Source: a virus
Virus record (IMG/VR): IMGVR_UViG_3300031566_000001
Coordinates: 79,143 to 143,142 of that record
DNA length: 64,000 bases
Strand: one strand, 5' to 3'
In this document: one piece after another, positions 18,047-28,291 of the stretch
Numbering within the stretch: the first letter of the stretch is position 1
Layout: each line of letters opens with the position of its first letter
Program-made: the position numbers and the translations under genes
The notes under the pieces: model-generated
Databases searched by the model: none
What the model was told of the DNA's origin: nothing
The model's input: the letters and a program-made list of their open reading frames with translations, nothing else

Positions 18047-20638
18047 GTGGCAATAGAGACCATCGGCGTCCGGGTAGTGGTTGAGGGCGCAAACAAGGCG
18101 GTCGATGACCTGAACAGGGTCAACAAGGCAGCGTCAAGCCTGGGCGGCGCGGCTGCGGCCACTGCTTCCCCTTTGGGTATCCTGGGCAGTGCGCTGGCCA
18201 ACGTAGGGCAGATCGCCGCGGGCATCATCAGCGCGCACCTGTTCACCAACCTGGTAGAAGGCCTGAAAAGTGTAGCGTATGAGGCCCTGTTTGGTGCAGG
18301 GCGCGTCGAGGAGCTTGAGGTCATCCTGGAACTCTTAGGCACGCGGGCTGGTTACAGCGCAAGCCAGCTCTACCAGTGGCGTGACGCGATGGTGGACGCG
18401 GGTATCCGCAGCGACGTAGCCACTAAGAGTATTGCAGAGTTCATTCGTTACCAGATGGACGCGACCAAGGCCGTAGAGCTGGCGGCTGTGGCCCAGGACG
18501 CGGCTACCTTTGCAGCTGAGGATAGCACCGAGGCCCTAGCAGGCCTGATGCACGGTATCCTCACCCAGAGGTCCATCGTCCTACGGACCTACGGCATCAT
18601 CGTGGACACAAACCAGGCAATGGAGGACTACAAGGACGTCATCGGCGCGGTTGGCAGGGAATTGACCGCCTCCGAGCGCGTGCAGGCTATGATGAATGCG
18701 GTATTAGCCCAAGGCGTTGCTATCAGCGGGGCCTACGAGGCGGCGATGGGCACCTGGACCAAGATGTGGAGGACGCTGACAGGAAGACTCATCCCGGAGA
18801 TGATCTGGCAGCTGGGTGGCCCGTTCCAGCAGGTCATGGGTTCTGCGGTTTTTGCTATCGCCGACTTCGTCAAGGTGCTGACCGCAGCGGTGTCGGAGGG
18901 TGGCAGGCTGAGGCCTATCTTAGATGCGTTAGTTGTGGTCGTCAACAGGCTCCTGGCCCCGGTCATAGCCCTGACCCGCGTGGTAGGCGATTGGCTAGGG
19001 ACCACGGCGGAGGGTGCCAAGAAGGTAACCAAGGCCATGGAGGAGATGGCGGGTAAGGTGACCGCAGTACAGGCCCCTAACCTGGCAGCCGCTTTTGAGA
19101 GCGGGGCTACGAAGATCATTGACGCCAACAGGGATCTCACTAAGTCCATCACCCGCATGTGGGACGATCACAACCGCAGGCTGGTGCAGACTACATTTGA
19201 TTTCAACCTGGGGCGGTTGAGGGATGAGCTGGACTGGCAGCGGCGTAGAGAGCGGGGCCTGGAGGAGCATAACCGCAAGATGGCGGACATGTACGCGGAG
19301 CTGGATGAGCTGCGCACGGGCAAGCAACGCCAAGAGATCAAGGCCCAGATGCAGGACGAACAGAAGGACTACGCAACCCAGCGGTCACAGTTCGAGCGGT
19401 TGCTGGCTCAGGCGCAATCCGATGAAGAGAAGCAGCGCATTCAGGGCTGGCTCGATGTACTAGCCATTGAACATCAGGGCAACCAGGAGGCGCTACAAGA
19501 AGAGGTAAGCGCCATAGATGCTGAGCAAGCAGCTCTGGAGAAGCGCATCGCCTTAGAGGAGAAAGCCTTTAAGGACCGGAGAGCCCTAGAGGCAGAGGAT
19601 CGGCGCATCCGGTTGGCCCGTGAGGATGAGGACTTTGCGCGGCGCACGGCCAGGGAAGAGGAAGAGGCGCGGCGCAGGGAGACCTTGCAACGTGAGGAAA
19701 CCACAGAGCGGATTGCTCTCATACGGGAGCAGATCGCCGAGGAGAACGCGGCCAAGCTGGCTGCGTACCAGGAGCAGGGGGCGATGCTCACGCAGTCTGT
19801 AGGGGAGCAAAAGGGCATCCTGGAGGAACTGGGCAAGGAGCAGAAGAGTTTGATAGATGAATGGAAGACGACTATAGAAGGCTGGTTTGAAACCATCAAG
19901 GATGTTGACTGGAAGGGATTGGCTGCAGACGTGAGTTCTATCGCTCAGAGCCTCGGTGATATAGCTGGGCCAGCGGCGATTATTACGGGTATTCTAACCA
20001 CGGGCTATATCAGGGGCCTGATAACCTCATTCGGTGGCTTTAATCAAGTCCTGAAGGGCACAGGCGATATCGTGCAAGGAATATTCGGCCTTGACATTCC
20101 ACGTATCTTGACTGGAACTAAGACGTTTGTCGAGGGCTGGATGATCACCTTTATTGGATTCTTCGGTGGGGCTTTGCAAAGCGTCTATAACCTACTAACA
20201 GGCAAGTCAGTCAGAATTGTAGATGATGTGGTGGATGAATTACGGCGTTTATCTAGTGAAAGCACAAGACTCGGTGGTGAGTTCATAGAAGGCCTCATCC
20301 TTGGCATAAATCGTTGGTGGCAGCAGCTCATAAACCGGGTGAGGGAACTGGCCGAGGCCATCATCTACGAGGTCAAGGTTAGACTACTTATGGGCTCACC
20401 ATCCAAGGTATTCATCGGTATAGGCCAGGAGATCTCACGGAGCTTGGCGGAAGGTATTCGGTCGATGGGGGACCTACCCGCGCTACAGATGGGTCAGGTC
20501 ACCTTGGGCACCCTGGCGGCTGTACCTGCGTCAACGACGACCGTTAGCAACAGCTACAACCTCAATATGACCAGTATGGCCCCGGTGTCTACGGTGGTCT
20601 CAGACTTCCGGCTGATAAAGGTGATCGCGGGGCGGTAG
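18047..20638 (+). CDS. Tape measure protein
   Basis: Ala/Gly-rich helical with long coiled coil; LRTYGI TMP motif; SPSKVF C-terminal motif. Confidence 0.9.
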   Translation: MAIETIGVRVVVEGANKAVDDLNRVNKAASSLGGAAAATASPLGILGSALANVGQIAAGIISAHLFTNLVEGLKSVAYEALFGAGRVEELEVILELLGTRAGYSASQLYQWRDAMVDAGIRSDVATKSIAEFIRYQMDATKAVELAAVAQDAATFAAEDSTEALAGLMHGILTQRSIVLRTYGIIVDTNQAMEDYKDVIGAVGRELTASERVQAMMNAVLAQGVAISGAYEAAMGTWTKMWRTLTGRLIPEMIWQLGGPFQQVMGSAVFAIADFVKVLTAAVSEGGRLRPILDALVVVVNRLLAPVIALTRVVGDWLGTTAEGAKKVTKAMEEMAGKVTAVQAPNLAAAFESGATKIIDANRDLTKSITRMWDDHNRRLVQTTFDFNLGRLRDELDWQRRRERGLEEHNRKMADMYAELDELRTGKQRQEIKAQMQDEQKDYATQRSQFERLLAQAQSDEEKQRIQGWLDVLAIEHQGNQEALQEEVSAIDAEQAALEKRIALEEKAFKDRRALEAEDRRIRLAREDEDFARRTAREEEEARRRETLQREETTERIALIREQIAEENAAKLAAYQEQGAMLTQSVGEQKGILEELGKEQKSLIDEWKTTIEGWFETIKDVDWKGLAADVSSIAQSLGDIAGPAAIITGILTTGYIRGLITSFGGFNQVLKGTGDIVQGIFGLDIPRILTGTKTFVEGWMITFIGFFGGALQSVYNLLTGKSVRIVDDVVDELRRLSSESTRLGGEFIEGLILGINRWWQQLINRVRELAEAIIYEVKVRLLMGSPSKVFIGIGQEISRSLAEGIRSMGDLPALQMGQVTLGTLAAVPASTTTVSNSYNLNMTSMAPVSTVVSDFRLIKVIAGR

Positions 20639-20750
20639 CCAGTGCGTTGTTAGCGGCGCCCAGGCTGCCCAGGGCAGTTTTTGGGGTGAAATGAGTAATA
20701 TGTTATGAGGTACGCTCAATCGGTAGAATCAGGGGACCACCTGAGGCGGT

Positions 20751-20812
20751 TTTTGCGCAAAAACCTGGAGCATCTTTTCTTTTGCGGGCAAAAGGTTCAC
20801 GGGGGCGATAAT
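20751..20812 (+). promoter_or_regulatory. Double-palindrome site plus -10-like box
   Basis: TTTTGCGCAAAA-N17-TTTTGC-GG-GCAAAA-N13-GATAAT. Confidence 0.7.
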
Positions 20813-20840
20813 ATGGGCAAAAGAGTTCACGGAGGGCATC

Positions 20841-23210
20841 ATGGTCAAGAAGCGATTGGCTCTTGCGGCTGCCCTGCTGCTGATACTTATGGTGGCAGGG
20901 GGTAGGGACATGGGCATTTGTGACATCAAGTATGAGCTGATAACGCCGGACGGTCAGACGTTCAACTTCATGGGTCCAGGGAGGGCACCGGGATCTGCTG
21001 CATCCCTGCAAGCACATGAGGGCTTTGGGTTGCCGCCGGTGCGCCACGTTACCCAGGACCTATACGATGTGCCGGGGAACCTCCTGGTGGACGTGGTGGT
21101 ACAGGGCCGGATAATCACCATCACCGAGTCGGCCTACGCCACGGACGCCACGAGGAAGGGGTTGCACAAAGCCTTGGCGGCTATCTGGGACGCTGTGCGT
21201 TGGGACCGGGGGGCCACGAATACCACACCAAGCACCCTACGGTACACAGTGGACGGGAATAGCTGGGACCTGAAGGTAGTGCTCTCAGGGGTTGTAGAGT
21301 CACCCCAGGGTCGATACGGGAAGAACGAGATCGTGGGCCTGCGTTTTGAGGCACATGACCCGCTATGGTGGGACGACGAAGAGAGCAGCCTGACGTTGGA
21401 CTGGACCGACGACTATTTGGTCCGGTTGGTCCTGAGCAACGTGGACGGCGTTTGGGACAACATGGGACCGCCAGCGGCGATTGCCGCAGGTGCCGGCGGG
21501 TTTACCGTGGTCCGTGGAGTCCAAGTCTCGCCAGATCAACAGTATGTGTATTATGGCGGCGACTTTCAGACGTGGAACAACCTACCGGCGGGCAATCACG
21601 TTGTCCGGTGGAACATCGCAACGGAGACCTGGGAGCCGGTGGGCGGGGGCCTGAATAATGCGGTGTGGGGCCTCTACTTTGGGCCTGATGGGACGCTGTA
21701 CGCCGTTGGGGATTTTACCAACGGGTCCGGTGGCGTGGGCGATGGGGCTGCCGACTACCTGGCGCGGTACGACCCGCTAACTGACACCTGGGTCAACGTG
21801 GGCGGCGGTCCTGGGGTCGGCGTTGTGACGCGTGTTGAGACCGTCCTAGTGGGCCACGATGGGACCTTGTACGTCGGCGGCGATTATACCGACTGGCAAG
21901 GGATCGGCGCGGACTACATCGTCTCGTACACGGTGGCGGGCGGTTGGGCGACGTTGGGGGCCGCTGCGCTCGATGCCGAGGTACTCGCGTTGGTCAACCT
22001 GCCAAACGGCCACGTCGTCCTGGGCGGGACTTTCCGAAATATCGGCGCGGTCGCTTATGAGCGCATCGCCGAATGGGACCCGGTGGCCGGGGCCTTTACT
22101 ACCGTTGGGCCGGGCTTCTCGGGGCCGGTCTACGCGCTCACTGTCGGGCTAGACGGCAAGCTGTACGCGGGCGGCGTGTTCAACTGGGTTGGCTGGCCCG
22201 CCATGATCCTAGAAGTGTTCAATATCGCTGTTTGGAATGGGACGATATGGTCTAGCATGGACGGCGGCTTTCCAGTCCTGGCCATCGCCGGGATGCAGCT
22301 AGTTACGCGGCCTGATGGAGACATCTACGCTCTAGGAGGCTTCCAGGACGCAAGCGGGTTGCCGTTGGCTGATTTCGTTGCCCGATGGAATGGGTTTACT
22401 TGGATACCGATTGACGTTGTGCTTCCAGTGCCGGCAGCTCTGCGGGGGCATCCTCATGTTGCGTTTACGGAATCGAATGATATGTACCTGACAACCGATG
22501 CGTTGGCCGTGACGGTCCCGGTTGGAGCTGACAACAGCGTGGTCAACCTGGGATCGGCTGCCACCTTGCCTGTTATCGAGGTCAAGAATCAAGGCGACGT
22601 CTCAATAATCCGCAGCGAGACCACCGGCGGCGAGCTGGCGTTCAAACCCATGCACCTACAAGACGGCGAGATCGTCATTGTGGACCTGAGCACGGGCCGC
22701 AAAACGATCACGTCGAGCTGGCGGGGCAACCGCCTGGGAGACCTGTTGCCGCCAGGCGTCGGCGGGTTTGAGCTGGAGTCAAACCCCAGGGCGCAGTACG
22801 GCGGCGTGGACGGTGCCAACCTGATAACCGTGTTCATCACGGACGCGGACCCCAGGGAGCACAACGACGACAACAACCAGCTCTCCGGTTGGGCCAACGT
22901 CACCGGGATTGAGCAGACCAACACGGACCTGGGGCGGTTGTACGTGAGCATCGTTTTCGACGGCGTGGACTATCACGTCAATCTATACAGCGATGCGGCC
23001 AGGACTGAGCTTGTGGGCCATACGGCGGACTATGCCGCACCTGGGGCACAGGTGATCGTGGCCGACAACGATTCAGGCCTGGGGGGCAGTATCACCGTGG
23101 ACGCCGTGGTCGCTGCGGACGATGACATCGAGGTCTACTTTACCATCGTCACGGCCACCTGGTACAACCGGTGGTGGAGTCTGAGTGAGGCCGTTCTAGC
23201 GGCAGAATGA
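20841..23210 (+). CDS. Distal tail protein with inserted beta-propeller domain
   Basis: After TMP; LRFEAHDPLW Dit-like motif; repeated LYxGGxF / ARWNG blades; alternative ATG at 20910. Confidence 0.75.
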   Translation: MVKKRLALAAALLLILMVAGGRDMGICDIKYELITPDGQTFNFMGPGRAPGSAASLQAHEGFGLPPVRHVTQDLYDVPGNLLVDVVVQGRIITITESAYATDATRKGLHKALAAIWDAVRWDRGATNTTPSTLRYTVDGNSWDLKVVLSGVVESPQGRYGKNEIVGLRFEAHDPLWWDDEESSLTLDWTDDYLVRLVLSNVDGVWDNMGPPAAIAAGAGGFTVVRGVQVSPDQQYVYYGGDFQTWNNLPAGNHVVRWNIATETWEPVGGGLNNAVWGLYFGPDGTLYAVGDFTNGSGGVGDGAADYLARYDPLTDTWVNVGGGPGVGVVTRVETVLVGHDGTLYVGGDYTDWQGIGADYIVSYTVAGGWATLGAAALDAEVLALVNLPNGHVVLGGTFRNIGAVAYERIAEWDPVAGAFTTVGPGFSGPVYALTVGLDGKLYAGGVFNWVGWPAMILEVFNIAVWNGTIWSSMDGGFPVLAIAGMQLVTRPDGDIYALGGFQDASGLPLADFVARWNGFTWIPIDVVLPVPAALRGHPHVAFTESNDMYLTTDALAVTVPVGADNSVVNLGSAATLPVIEVKNQGDVSIIRSETTGGELAFKPMHLQDGEIVIVDLSTGRKTITSSWRGNRLGDLLPPGVGGFELESNPRAQYGGVDGANLITVFITDADPREHNDDNNQLSGWANVTGIEQTNTDLGRLYVSIVFDGVDYHVNLYSDAARTELVGHTADYAAPGAQVIVADNDSGLGGSITVDAVVAADDDIEVYFTIVTATWYNRWWSLSEAVLAAE

Positions 23211-23222
23211 TTGTGAGGGGCT

Positions 23223-24335
23223 ATGCCCGCTGAGTACGAGGTACACCTGCTGGAGGCCGCAAGGGACAACCGTCTGGACATCATAGATGACTTCGCGGTC
23301 CTGTCTTATGCCCAGCGGGTCAATGAGATAGGTGCCTTTGGCCTGTCTGTGTGGGCGGACAATTTCAACATCACTTTCGCACACCTGGACGGGCGCATCG
23401 TCGTCTGGCGCAAGCCAGAGGGAGGGCGGCGCTACATCGACTTTGCGGGCTTCATTCGGGGTGTGAAGCGCCAGTATAGGGATGGTAGGCAGCAGGTGAT
23501 ACTCTCCGGTACGGACTATAACGACCTCCTGCGTAGGCGCCGGGTGGCTTATGCGGCTACTACCGCAGAGGCCAGGAAGGCGGACCAGGCCGACGATATG
23601 ATGGTGGAGCTGGTGAACGAGAACCTGGGGGCTACCGCTGTCGCGGGCCGGGACCTCACGGGGCTGGGGTTCTCCGTAGCGGCTTCACCCTCCGCGGGGA
23701 CCATCGTGAGGGGCGACTTCGCCTACGAGAAGCTGCTGGACACGCTACAGGGCATTTCCGATGCCAGTCGGCAGACCCCAACGACACAAGCCTTCTTTGG
23801 TATTGTGCCCATCAACAGCGGGTGGGAGATGGAGTTTCGCACCAACGTGCCGCAGTGGGGCCAGGACCATAGCCACCCCAACGGAATACACGGACCGGTG
23901 GTGTTCTCACAGGAGTACGAAAACATGGCCAACCCGGAACTAGAGTGGGATAGGCACGATGAGGTAACAGTGGTCTACGGCGGGGGGCGGGGAGAGGACC
24001 TGACTAGGCCTGTCATAGAGGTGGCGGACACGACCCGTGAGGGCGAGAGCCCACTGAACCGCTGTGAGGGTTTCGAGTCCGTGGATGCGGCCACGACCCT
24101 GGAGCTTATTGACGGGGCCAACGCCAAGCTGGACGAGGGCCGGGGCAAGAGGCGGTTCACCTTTGACGTGGTGGAGATTCCCAGCACGCTCTACGGTCTA
24201 CATTGGGGGTTTGGAGATTTAGTGACCGCTGTTTATGGGGGCGAGCAGTGGGACCTGCACGTGGCGGCGGTAGAGGTCACGGTGGAGGGCAAGATAGAGA
24301 CCATCAAGCCGCGTTTTGAGGAGTTTGCAGGGTGA
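23223..24335 (+). CDS. Minor tail/baseplate hub protein (ReqiPepy6 Gp37-like)
   Basis: VYGGGRGE and YGLHWGFGDLVT motifs; follows Dit. Confidence 0.75.
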   Translation: MPAEYEVHLLEAARDNRLDIIDDFAVLSYAQRVNEIGAFGLSVWADNFNITFAHLDGRIVVWRKPEGGRRYIDFAGFIRGVKRQYRDGRQQVILSGTDYNDLLRRRRVAYAATTAEARKADQADDMMVELVNENLGATAVAGRDLTGLGFSVAASPSAGTIVRGDFAYEKLLDTLQGISDASRQTPTTQAFFGIVPINSGWEMEFRTNVPQWGQDHSHPNGIHGPVVFSQEYENMANPELEWDRHDEVTVVYGGGRGEDLTRPVIEVADTTREGESPLNRCEGFESVDAATTLELIDGANAKLDEGRGKRRFTFDVVEIPSTLYGLHWGFGDLVTAVYGGEQWDLHVAAVEVTVEGKIETIKPRFEEFAG

Positions 24336-25015
24336 GTACTACCGTAGAGCAGCTCGTGGCGGGTGTTGCCACGTTGGAACAGGGCATCAGGGCGCTTGAG
24401 GTCCGGGAAAGGCCCCTGGCCTTGCGCGGCTGGCGGGACGACTTTCAGGGAGATGCCTTACACGAGCAGTACAGCACGCATGTAAATAATGGCACGGTGG
24501 GTTTCTCAGTGGGCGGGCAGCACGGCGGTGTCTTGGAGCTGTCCGTGAACGCGATAGCCGATTCCTGGGCCGATATGTTCCTGGGTACCAGGGCCGACAA
24601 CTACCTCACCCTCGATGCCGATAGCGGTTGGACTATGATCTGGCGAATGAAAGTCAGTTCCGTAGCAGGCAACCTCCGTGCACGAGCTGGGGCGAGGGAT
24701 GATGCAGCCAATAACTATATCGCCGCTGGCCTGTGGCAGGATTTTGGAAACAACTGGATCGTGGTGAACCGCTCAGGGGGCGGTGTCGTCAACACGGCAG
24801 CCAGCTCCATCGCCGCGGACACTGACTGGCATGTGCATCGGATCGATGCTACCTCAGGGCGCGTTGATTACTTCCTGGATGGAGACCTTCTTGTAACAAC
24901 CACCGTGAGTGTGCCAATCGCTGTACTCACACCATGGATAAGTACCTATGTTAATGCTGCTGTGGCTAGGATCGCCTACTATGACTACTGGAATACCATC
25001 CCAAGGAACTTGTGA
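24332..25015 (+). CDS. Putative receptor-binding protein, ConA/LamG-like (paralog 1)
   Basis: Coiled coil + WRDDFxGD; DTDWHVHRI...VDYFLDG. Confidence 0.6.
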   Translation: MSTTVEQLVAGVATLEQGIRALEVRERPLALRGWRDDFQGDALHEQYSTHVNNGTVGFSVGGQHGGVLELSVNAIADSWADMFLGTRADNYLTLDADSGWTMIWRMKVSSVAGNLRARAGARDDAANNYIAAGLWQDFGNNWIVVNRSGGGVVNTAASSIAADTDWHVHRIDATSGRVDYFLDGDLLVTTTVSVPIAVLTPWISTYVNAAVARIAYYDYWNTIPRNL

Positions 25016-25707
25016 TGATTAAACAGCTTGTAGCACGATTAGCTGCTGCGCAGAAGAAACTAGATGCCTTAGAGACCAGGGAGCGTCCCCTGGCCCTGCG
25101 GGGTTGGAGAGATGACTTCTTGGGTGACAGCATCCAGGAGCAGTACACCGCTGTCTCTAACGGTGTGGGTAGCGGCGGGGCTTTGCAGAACAATGCACAC
25201 GGTGGGGTCTATAAGCTGACTGCCGGGGCCGGGGCTGGCCGGTATCACTACCTCTGGCTGGGTAATGCGGCAGATGGGTACGCCACCCTAGACGCCGACT
25301 ATGGCTGGAAGATGATAGCACGGATGGCAATAAGTCATACGACGACCTTCGATGGTCAATTTGGTGTAGCTGATTCAGCATACAACAATTTTGTCTTGGC
25401 CGGGATAGGAACGACATTTCTAGCAGCCAACTGGGTGCTGATTACAAGGATCGGCGGCGGTGCGGTGAATGTTGTGGATACTGATATAGCCGCCGACACA
25501 GACCCCCACGTACACCGGTTAGGGGTCTGCCCCACGTTGGCAGGGCACCAAGCAGACTACTTGCTCGATGGAACTCGAATCGCCACCACCACGGTGTCAG
25601 TGCCTATCGCGGTCTTGACCCCGATTGTGCGTGCTAGTGCAACCGCTGCATTCGCACGATGGGATGACCTAGATTACTGGGTAGTAATACCGCAAAACCT
25701 AACGTAA
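25012..25707 (+). CDS. Putative receptor-binding protein, ConA/LamG-like (paralog 2)
   Basis: Shares ERPLALRGWRDDF, TLDAD.GW and TTTVSVPIAVLTP with upstream gene. Confidence 0.6.
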   Translation: MMIKQLVARLAAAQKKLDALETRERPLALRGWRDDFLGDSIQEQYTAVSNGVGSGGALQNNAHGGVYKLTAGAGAGRYHYLWLGNAADGYATLDADYGWKMIARMAISHTTTFDGQFGVADSAYNNFVLAGIGTTFLAANWVLITRIGGGAVNVVDTDIAADTDPHVHRLGVCPTLAGHQADYLLDGTRIATTTVSVPIAVLTPIVRASATAAFARWDDLDYWVVIPQNLT

Positions 25708-25737
25708 AGCTCGTAAGGCTTTTGGGGGAGGGATATC

Positions 25738-26202
25738 TTGAACGGTGAGGGCGTCAGGAAGAAGGCAGAGCTGTTTGATGAGGAGCAGTCAGTTGATACC
25801 GTCTCCAATGAGGACCTGCGCTGGATGCTGCTCTTCTCACGCAAGGACTTTCAGGGTGGCCTTGACGGTCTGAAGGGTTCCCTCGACCGATTGGAGAAGG
25901 ACCACCAGGTCGTGTCCACGCGGGTTCAGGCTAATGCCCTAGCAGTGGGGCGTATCCAGCAGGCCCATGATGATTGCCCCCTGTCCGGTCAGGAGGGCAG
26001 AGACGGCTTCATGGTCAAGGTTACGAAGATCTGTTTGGAGGCGGCCAAGGCAGGGGTCAAGGAGGCCAACGGCAACAAGGCCGTGCTGGGGCCGCTGAGT
26101 AGGAATGAGGCTTTTCAGATCATGGGCTGGGTGATCACGATACTGGTGATAGCCCTGGTATTTTTGGCAACGAACGGGCAGATTCACATCCCAATCCCGT
26201 AA
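25738..26202 (+). CDS. Coiled-coil protein with C-terminal TM helix (lysis-associated?)
   Basis: IMGWVITILVIALVFLA TM segment; start of lysis region. Confidence 0.5.
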   Translation: MNGEGVRKKAELFDEEQSVDTVSNEDLRWMLLFSRKDFQGGLDGLKGSLDRLEKDHQVVSTRVQANALAVGRIQQAHDDCPLSGQEGRDGFMVKVTKICLEAAKAGVKEANGNKAVLGPLSRNEAFQIMGWVITILVIALVFLATNGQIHIPIP

Positions 26203-26213
26203 AGGAGGTACAG

Positions 26214-27944
26214 ATGTCTGTCTTGTGGCCCGTGCCTGTAGGGGACACCGGTATAGGTGTCCACTCCGACCCCAATGCCTACTACAAGCCCTCGGATTTC
26301 GAGGCCTACGCTGATGACCTGCTAGCCCACAAATCGCCTTGGTTCCTGCACTGGTTCTTTGACGAGGGTGCTGCCGACTTCATCGAGGCGATGCGCCGGA
26401 AGGGCATCGAGGTCATAGGTAGGCCTGGCCCTGCCAAGATGCCGAACCCTATGATCGACGTCGCCCACCTGGACGCCTACATCGAGGCGGGTGTTAGGTG
26501 GTTCGTGATCATGAACGAATTGAACCTGCATGAGGAGTGGGTAGTCGATTGGAAACGCTTTGAGAAGCCTGTCCGTAAATGTGCCGACCAGTTCGTGCGC
26601 TACGCCGACATCATCCGGGGTAAGGGCGATCACCTGTGGGTGCTGACCCCGCCGCCTTCCTTGGGCGGACACATGAATCACAGGGAGTGGTTTACCCGGT
26701 TCATGTATGCTATGTGCAACATTGCGGCGGAACGCGGCCAGACGCTGCGGCAGCTCCTATATCACTGCGGCATCGGGATACACTGCCGCTCGGTGGGCAA
26801 CCCCTTGGAGGCCGGGCCGAGTTGGTATGATTGCAGCTCACGAGAGTGGGAGTGGTTCCGGGACACGCTCATTGCCATGCTGAGGGAGACCCGCGAGGAG
26901 TTCGAGGCCGACCCCATCCCCTTCATTAACACGGAGGCCTTAGACCAGCCTGACTGGCTACCCAGGCTGGGCGGCAACTATGACTGGGGCCTATGGGAAC
27001 GGCGCAACCTGCGGCAAATGAGCTGGTTCAACCCCGACAATGAGGAGTACCGATACCCATCATACGTTGTGGCCAACTGCTTCTGGGTCATCCACACTGA
27101 CAGGTTTAGCCCCTGGCCGCAGTGCGGGCTATACGGCAACTACCCGCACTTCCTACAGCGGGGTGACTACACCACTAACCTGTGGCGGGCCATGCCCGCT
27201 CACATAAACTGGACGAGGAGGGACGACGTGGAACCAGGACCAACACCGGAAGTACCAGAGGTCAAGTTGAGGGTCTACGATTTCGAGGGCACGAAGCAGA
27301 GCCTAGAGTGGGTGCAGGGCAAGTACGGCGTGCAGCTGGAGCAGTGCAAGGGCAAGGGCTGGCACGTGTCGCAGATGAGGGAGCGCGTAAACGCTGCCGC
27401 GGGCATGGAGATGTTCTTCTACGACGACAACGGTGCAGTACAGGGGTTGCCGGTGGAGTTTCACTGGCCTGGCGGGTGCGACTGTGACAAGAAGACAGAG
27501 GTTGACGGCAAGGTAGGGTTTGCCTATAACGCCTGGATATGGGACCCTGCTGTTGGGGGGCCATACTGGATCGAAGTGCCTGAGCCGTCGGACTCCCTGG
27601 GGGGCCTGGGCATGCTGGCCATGACCAATCATGACCATCTCGATTTCGTGTGGAAGTTCGGGGTTTTGGAGGGCTCGGGGCCAGTGGATCCCTTAGAGGT
27701 CATCCTGCCCCTGGCGGAGGAGAAGTTACAAGCGATCCCGGTCCCGAACGACTGGGCATACCCTGCCAAGGCCATTGAAAACGGCCACCCCATCCAGGTG
27801 GGCGGGTATGCGCAGGTGGAGATCGGTGGGGTGTTGTGGGGATACCAGACCTTCACCAACGAGGCGCAGGACAGCTACGGGGTGGCCTATTCACCGGAGG
27901 GTCAGTACGACAAAACCGAGTTTGCGGTCATTGAGAGAGATTAA
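26214..27944 (+). CDS. Putative glycoside hydrolase (clan GH-A-like TIM barrel) with C-terminal domains
   Basis: FVIMNELNL acid/base-like and PFINTE nucleophile-like motifs; Pro-rich linker; lysis region. Confidence 0.55.
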   Translation: MSVLWPVPVGDTGIGVHSDPNAYYKPSDFEAYADDLLAHKSPWFLHWFFDEGAADFIEAMRRKGIEVIGRPGPAKMPNPMIDVAHLDAYIEAGVRWFVIMNELNLHEEWVVDWKRFEKPVRKCADQFVRYADIIRGKGDHLWVLTPPPSLGGHMNHREWFTRFMYAMCNIAAERGQTLRQLLYHCGIGIHCRSVGNPLEAGPSWYDCSSREWEWFRDTLIAMLRETREEFEADPIPFINTEALDQPDWLPRLGGNYDWGLWERRNLRQMSWFNPDNEEYRYPSYVVANCFWVIHTDRFSPWPQCGLYGNYPHFLQRGDYTTNLWRAMPAHINWTRRDDVEPGPTPEVPEVKLRVYDFEGTKQSLEWVQGKYGVQLEQCKGKGWHVSQMRERVNAAAGMEMFFYDDNGAVQGLPVEFHWPGGCDCDKKTEVDGKVGFAYNAWIWDPAVGGPYWIEVPEPSDSLGGLGMLAMTNHDHLDFVWKFGVLEGSGPVDPLEVILPLAEEKLQAIPVPNDWAYPAKAIENGHPIQVGGYAQVEIGGVLWGYQTFTNEAQDSYGVAYSPEGQYDKTEFAVIERD

Positions 27945-27964
27945 CGCCTTATATTACTTACTAC

Positions 27965-27984
27965 CTTTAGAGATATCTCTAAAG
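27965..27984. repeat. Perfect 20-bp palindrome
   Basis: CTTTAGAGATATCTCTAAAG in AT-rich intergenic gap. Confidence 0.85.
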
Positions 27985-28035
27985 TAAGTGTATAGTATAT
28001 GGCGGACTTTTCGCCAAGTTGATGGTTCGCAGTTC

Positions 28036-28068
28036 TTTTGCCAGCAAAACATCGCCCTGGTGTATAAT
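28036..28068 (+). promoter_or_regulatory. Palindrome site plus -10 box
   Basis: TTTTGC-CA-GCAAAA-N13-TATAAT; upstream palindrome degenerate. Confidence 0.7.
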
Positions 28069-28096
28069 GAGATAAACGGTTGTGTGAGGTTGATTC

Positions 28097-28288
28097 ATGG
28101 CCCGTTATTTCATAGCAGGGGATGAGCTTATTGTAGCAGTGGCGTGTAACGACAACGGCGCGCAGGTCCTTGAGTGCACGGGTTACGTTGAGTGCACGCA
28201 GGAGGAATATGAGCTGTTGCTGGAGTTGTTTCAGAAAAAGGGCATCGGTGATGCCTATATCGAGGTACGTGACATTCATGGAGACTGA
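28097..28288 (+). CDS. Small hypothetical protein
   Basis: GAGG RBS, downstream of promoter motif. Confidence 0.55.
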   Translation: MARYFIAGDELIVAVACNDNGAQVLECTGYVECTQEEYELLLELFQKKGIGDAYIEVRDIHGD

Positions 28289-28291
28289 CCC

